A DNA stretch of 51,024 nucleotides, filler included, from Jimgerdemannia flammicorona (taxonomy: Eukaryota): assembly GCA_003990765.1 (NCBI GenBank). It is 2 parts of 2 records of this genome, joined end to end, with 100 filler letters (N's around TTAATTAATTAA, not from the genome) between each part and the next. Parts side by side here need not be neighbours in the genome. Positions count along the whole stretch, not along the records: positions 25,574 to 51,024 come from RBNJ01000829.1; 1 more part is not named here. The stretch is one strand, 5' to 3'. The first letter of the stretch is position 1. Each line of letters opens with the position of its first letter. Of this stretch, positions 49,807 through 51,024 are shown one piece after another. The notes below the pieces were generated by a model that ran no database searches, had not been told where the DNA came from, and was given only the letters and a program-made list of their open reading frames with translations. Both the position numbers and the translations under genes were made by a program.

Positions 49807-50985
49807 CTCCTTTCTTCGCTACCTTATCGGTCACAAGGTTTGGTAGGCAACCTTCTGAGTCCCCTTTCCCCTAATATTGCCCCCTCTACCTTGGGTTGGT
49901 TTGCTGTGCCTGCAGGGGCATGGTGGGAGGAGGGCAATGGTGTTGAGTTGTCCCTTTATCAGTATCAGATCGGTGCTTCCTCCACTTTTTCGTGGATTCT
50001 GGTGCCTTCAGCTGTGTCTGGGGTGTACCCGTTTTGGTGCAGCACCTTCTTCCTTTTGCTGTCGCCAACAAGGAGTTGTCTTGGTGTGTCTCGGGCTACG
50101 TAGGGAGTCGGCCGACCTTGGGCATCAAGTGCCCAGTGTAGGTTACCTGCAGGTCTTCAGTGCCTGTAGTGGGGCCCTCTGGCTTTGGCAAGCTTCCTGG
50201 CAAGTGCAGTTCTGGCGTAGGTGACTGCTTTTCAGGTGTTGTCGGGTTGGGAGGGGAGATGGCTATCATAGATAGGAGAAAGGGCGATAACAGTGGACCA
50301 GTAGGGTGCCAGACTGGGGGCGGTCGTCGGGGTTGGGGCAGGTACTGCTTCAGTGGAGCCTTTTGATTGGTGCAGCGTGGTTAGGTGGTAGGTGTCACTC
50401 TCGGCTTCTTTTGGTGGGTAGCGGGGTGAGGCCCCAGTCATCAGGGGGGGTCGGGGGGCCCGAGGCTACCCATTTCAGGCGTCTTGGCTACACTTAACTG
50501 GAACCAGGAGCTGACATAGCAATGTGATCGAGGCCCACAGGCTTGAGTAGTGGGGTATTAGGGGTTTCCTCTCACCTTATATGTAAGTCCTTTACTCATC
50601 TCAACTGGGAGAACCAGGCCCTATCCACTGTGTTGTACTTTGATGAGGGTTTTTTCTTTGCTTGTTATTCTCTTTGGGGTGGCAGGGGCTATTCTATTCA
50701 GCTCAGGTGTAGCCTTGTACATATGTTGGGTTCTCGGGCATGTGCTTTTGGTCGTTAGTGTATGGCTGGGTTTCCCCTGGTGGTAGGGAGAGCATGGTGT
50801 GCAGAATGAGGTGTGGGCTTATTTGCCCTGCTGCACCTGGCATGGTCGAGCTACTGGACAATAGCTAGCCTAGGTTAATGGGGGGGCAGTGCTTGGTGGG
50901 TGGTGGGAGAGGGTTTTGGCCTATACAGTCTAGATTCCCTTCCAATAAAATTCCGCGAGACATAGAGTCCATTAAACAAAAAAAA
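49807..50985 (+). mobile_element. Repeat F, copy 3
   Basis: Same start boundary and colinear with 24353-25473. Continues to AATAAA (50944) and A8 (50978-50985); true end uncertain. Confidence 0.75.
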
Positions 50986-51024
50986 GAGATATGAATGGTG
51001 GTGAAGGGTCTGGAAAAGAGCTGG

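Overview
Eukaryotic, fungus-like genomic window, mostly nested and decaying transposable elements around one intact host gene. An artificial 100-nt contig joint lies at 25474-25573. (1) There are three copies of one Ty3/Gypsy LTR family (931-10593 +, 10594-13895 -, 42213-~49795 +). It has 1.2-1.6 kb LTRs, a tRNA-Pro-type PBS and an unusual split coding layout. ORF1 is Gag-CCHC-protease-Cys/His region-dUTPase-second dUTPase-like fold. RT-RNase H lies in the -1 frame behind a slippery heptamer and predicted pseudoknot. Integrase is a separate -1 ORF whose ATG overlaps the RNase H stop (ATGA), and a possible fourth ORF precedes the 3' LTR. (2) A same-strand stack of L1/Tx1-like LINE 5' ends (four ORF1 paralogues plus a 5' stub) precedes one near-complete decayed ORF2 (14126-24350). 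(3) A CpG-rich, apparently non-coding ~1.15 kb repeat with a fixed start occurs three times. (4) An intron-containing DDE transposase pseudogene is flanked by GATTGAGATGA-type satellite, followed by two MITEs and two older Gypsy remnants in very AT/TpA-rich DNA. (5) A four-exon, 513-aa ER protein disulfide isomerase-like gene (39627-41468, C-terminal HDEL) has non-canonical active sites YGHS and CSRC. Repeats show strong CpG and CpA C-to-T decay, while the host gene island keeps its CpGs. All calls come from reading and hand-translating the sequence; no searches were run.
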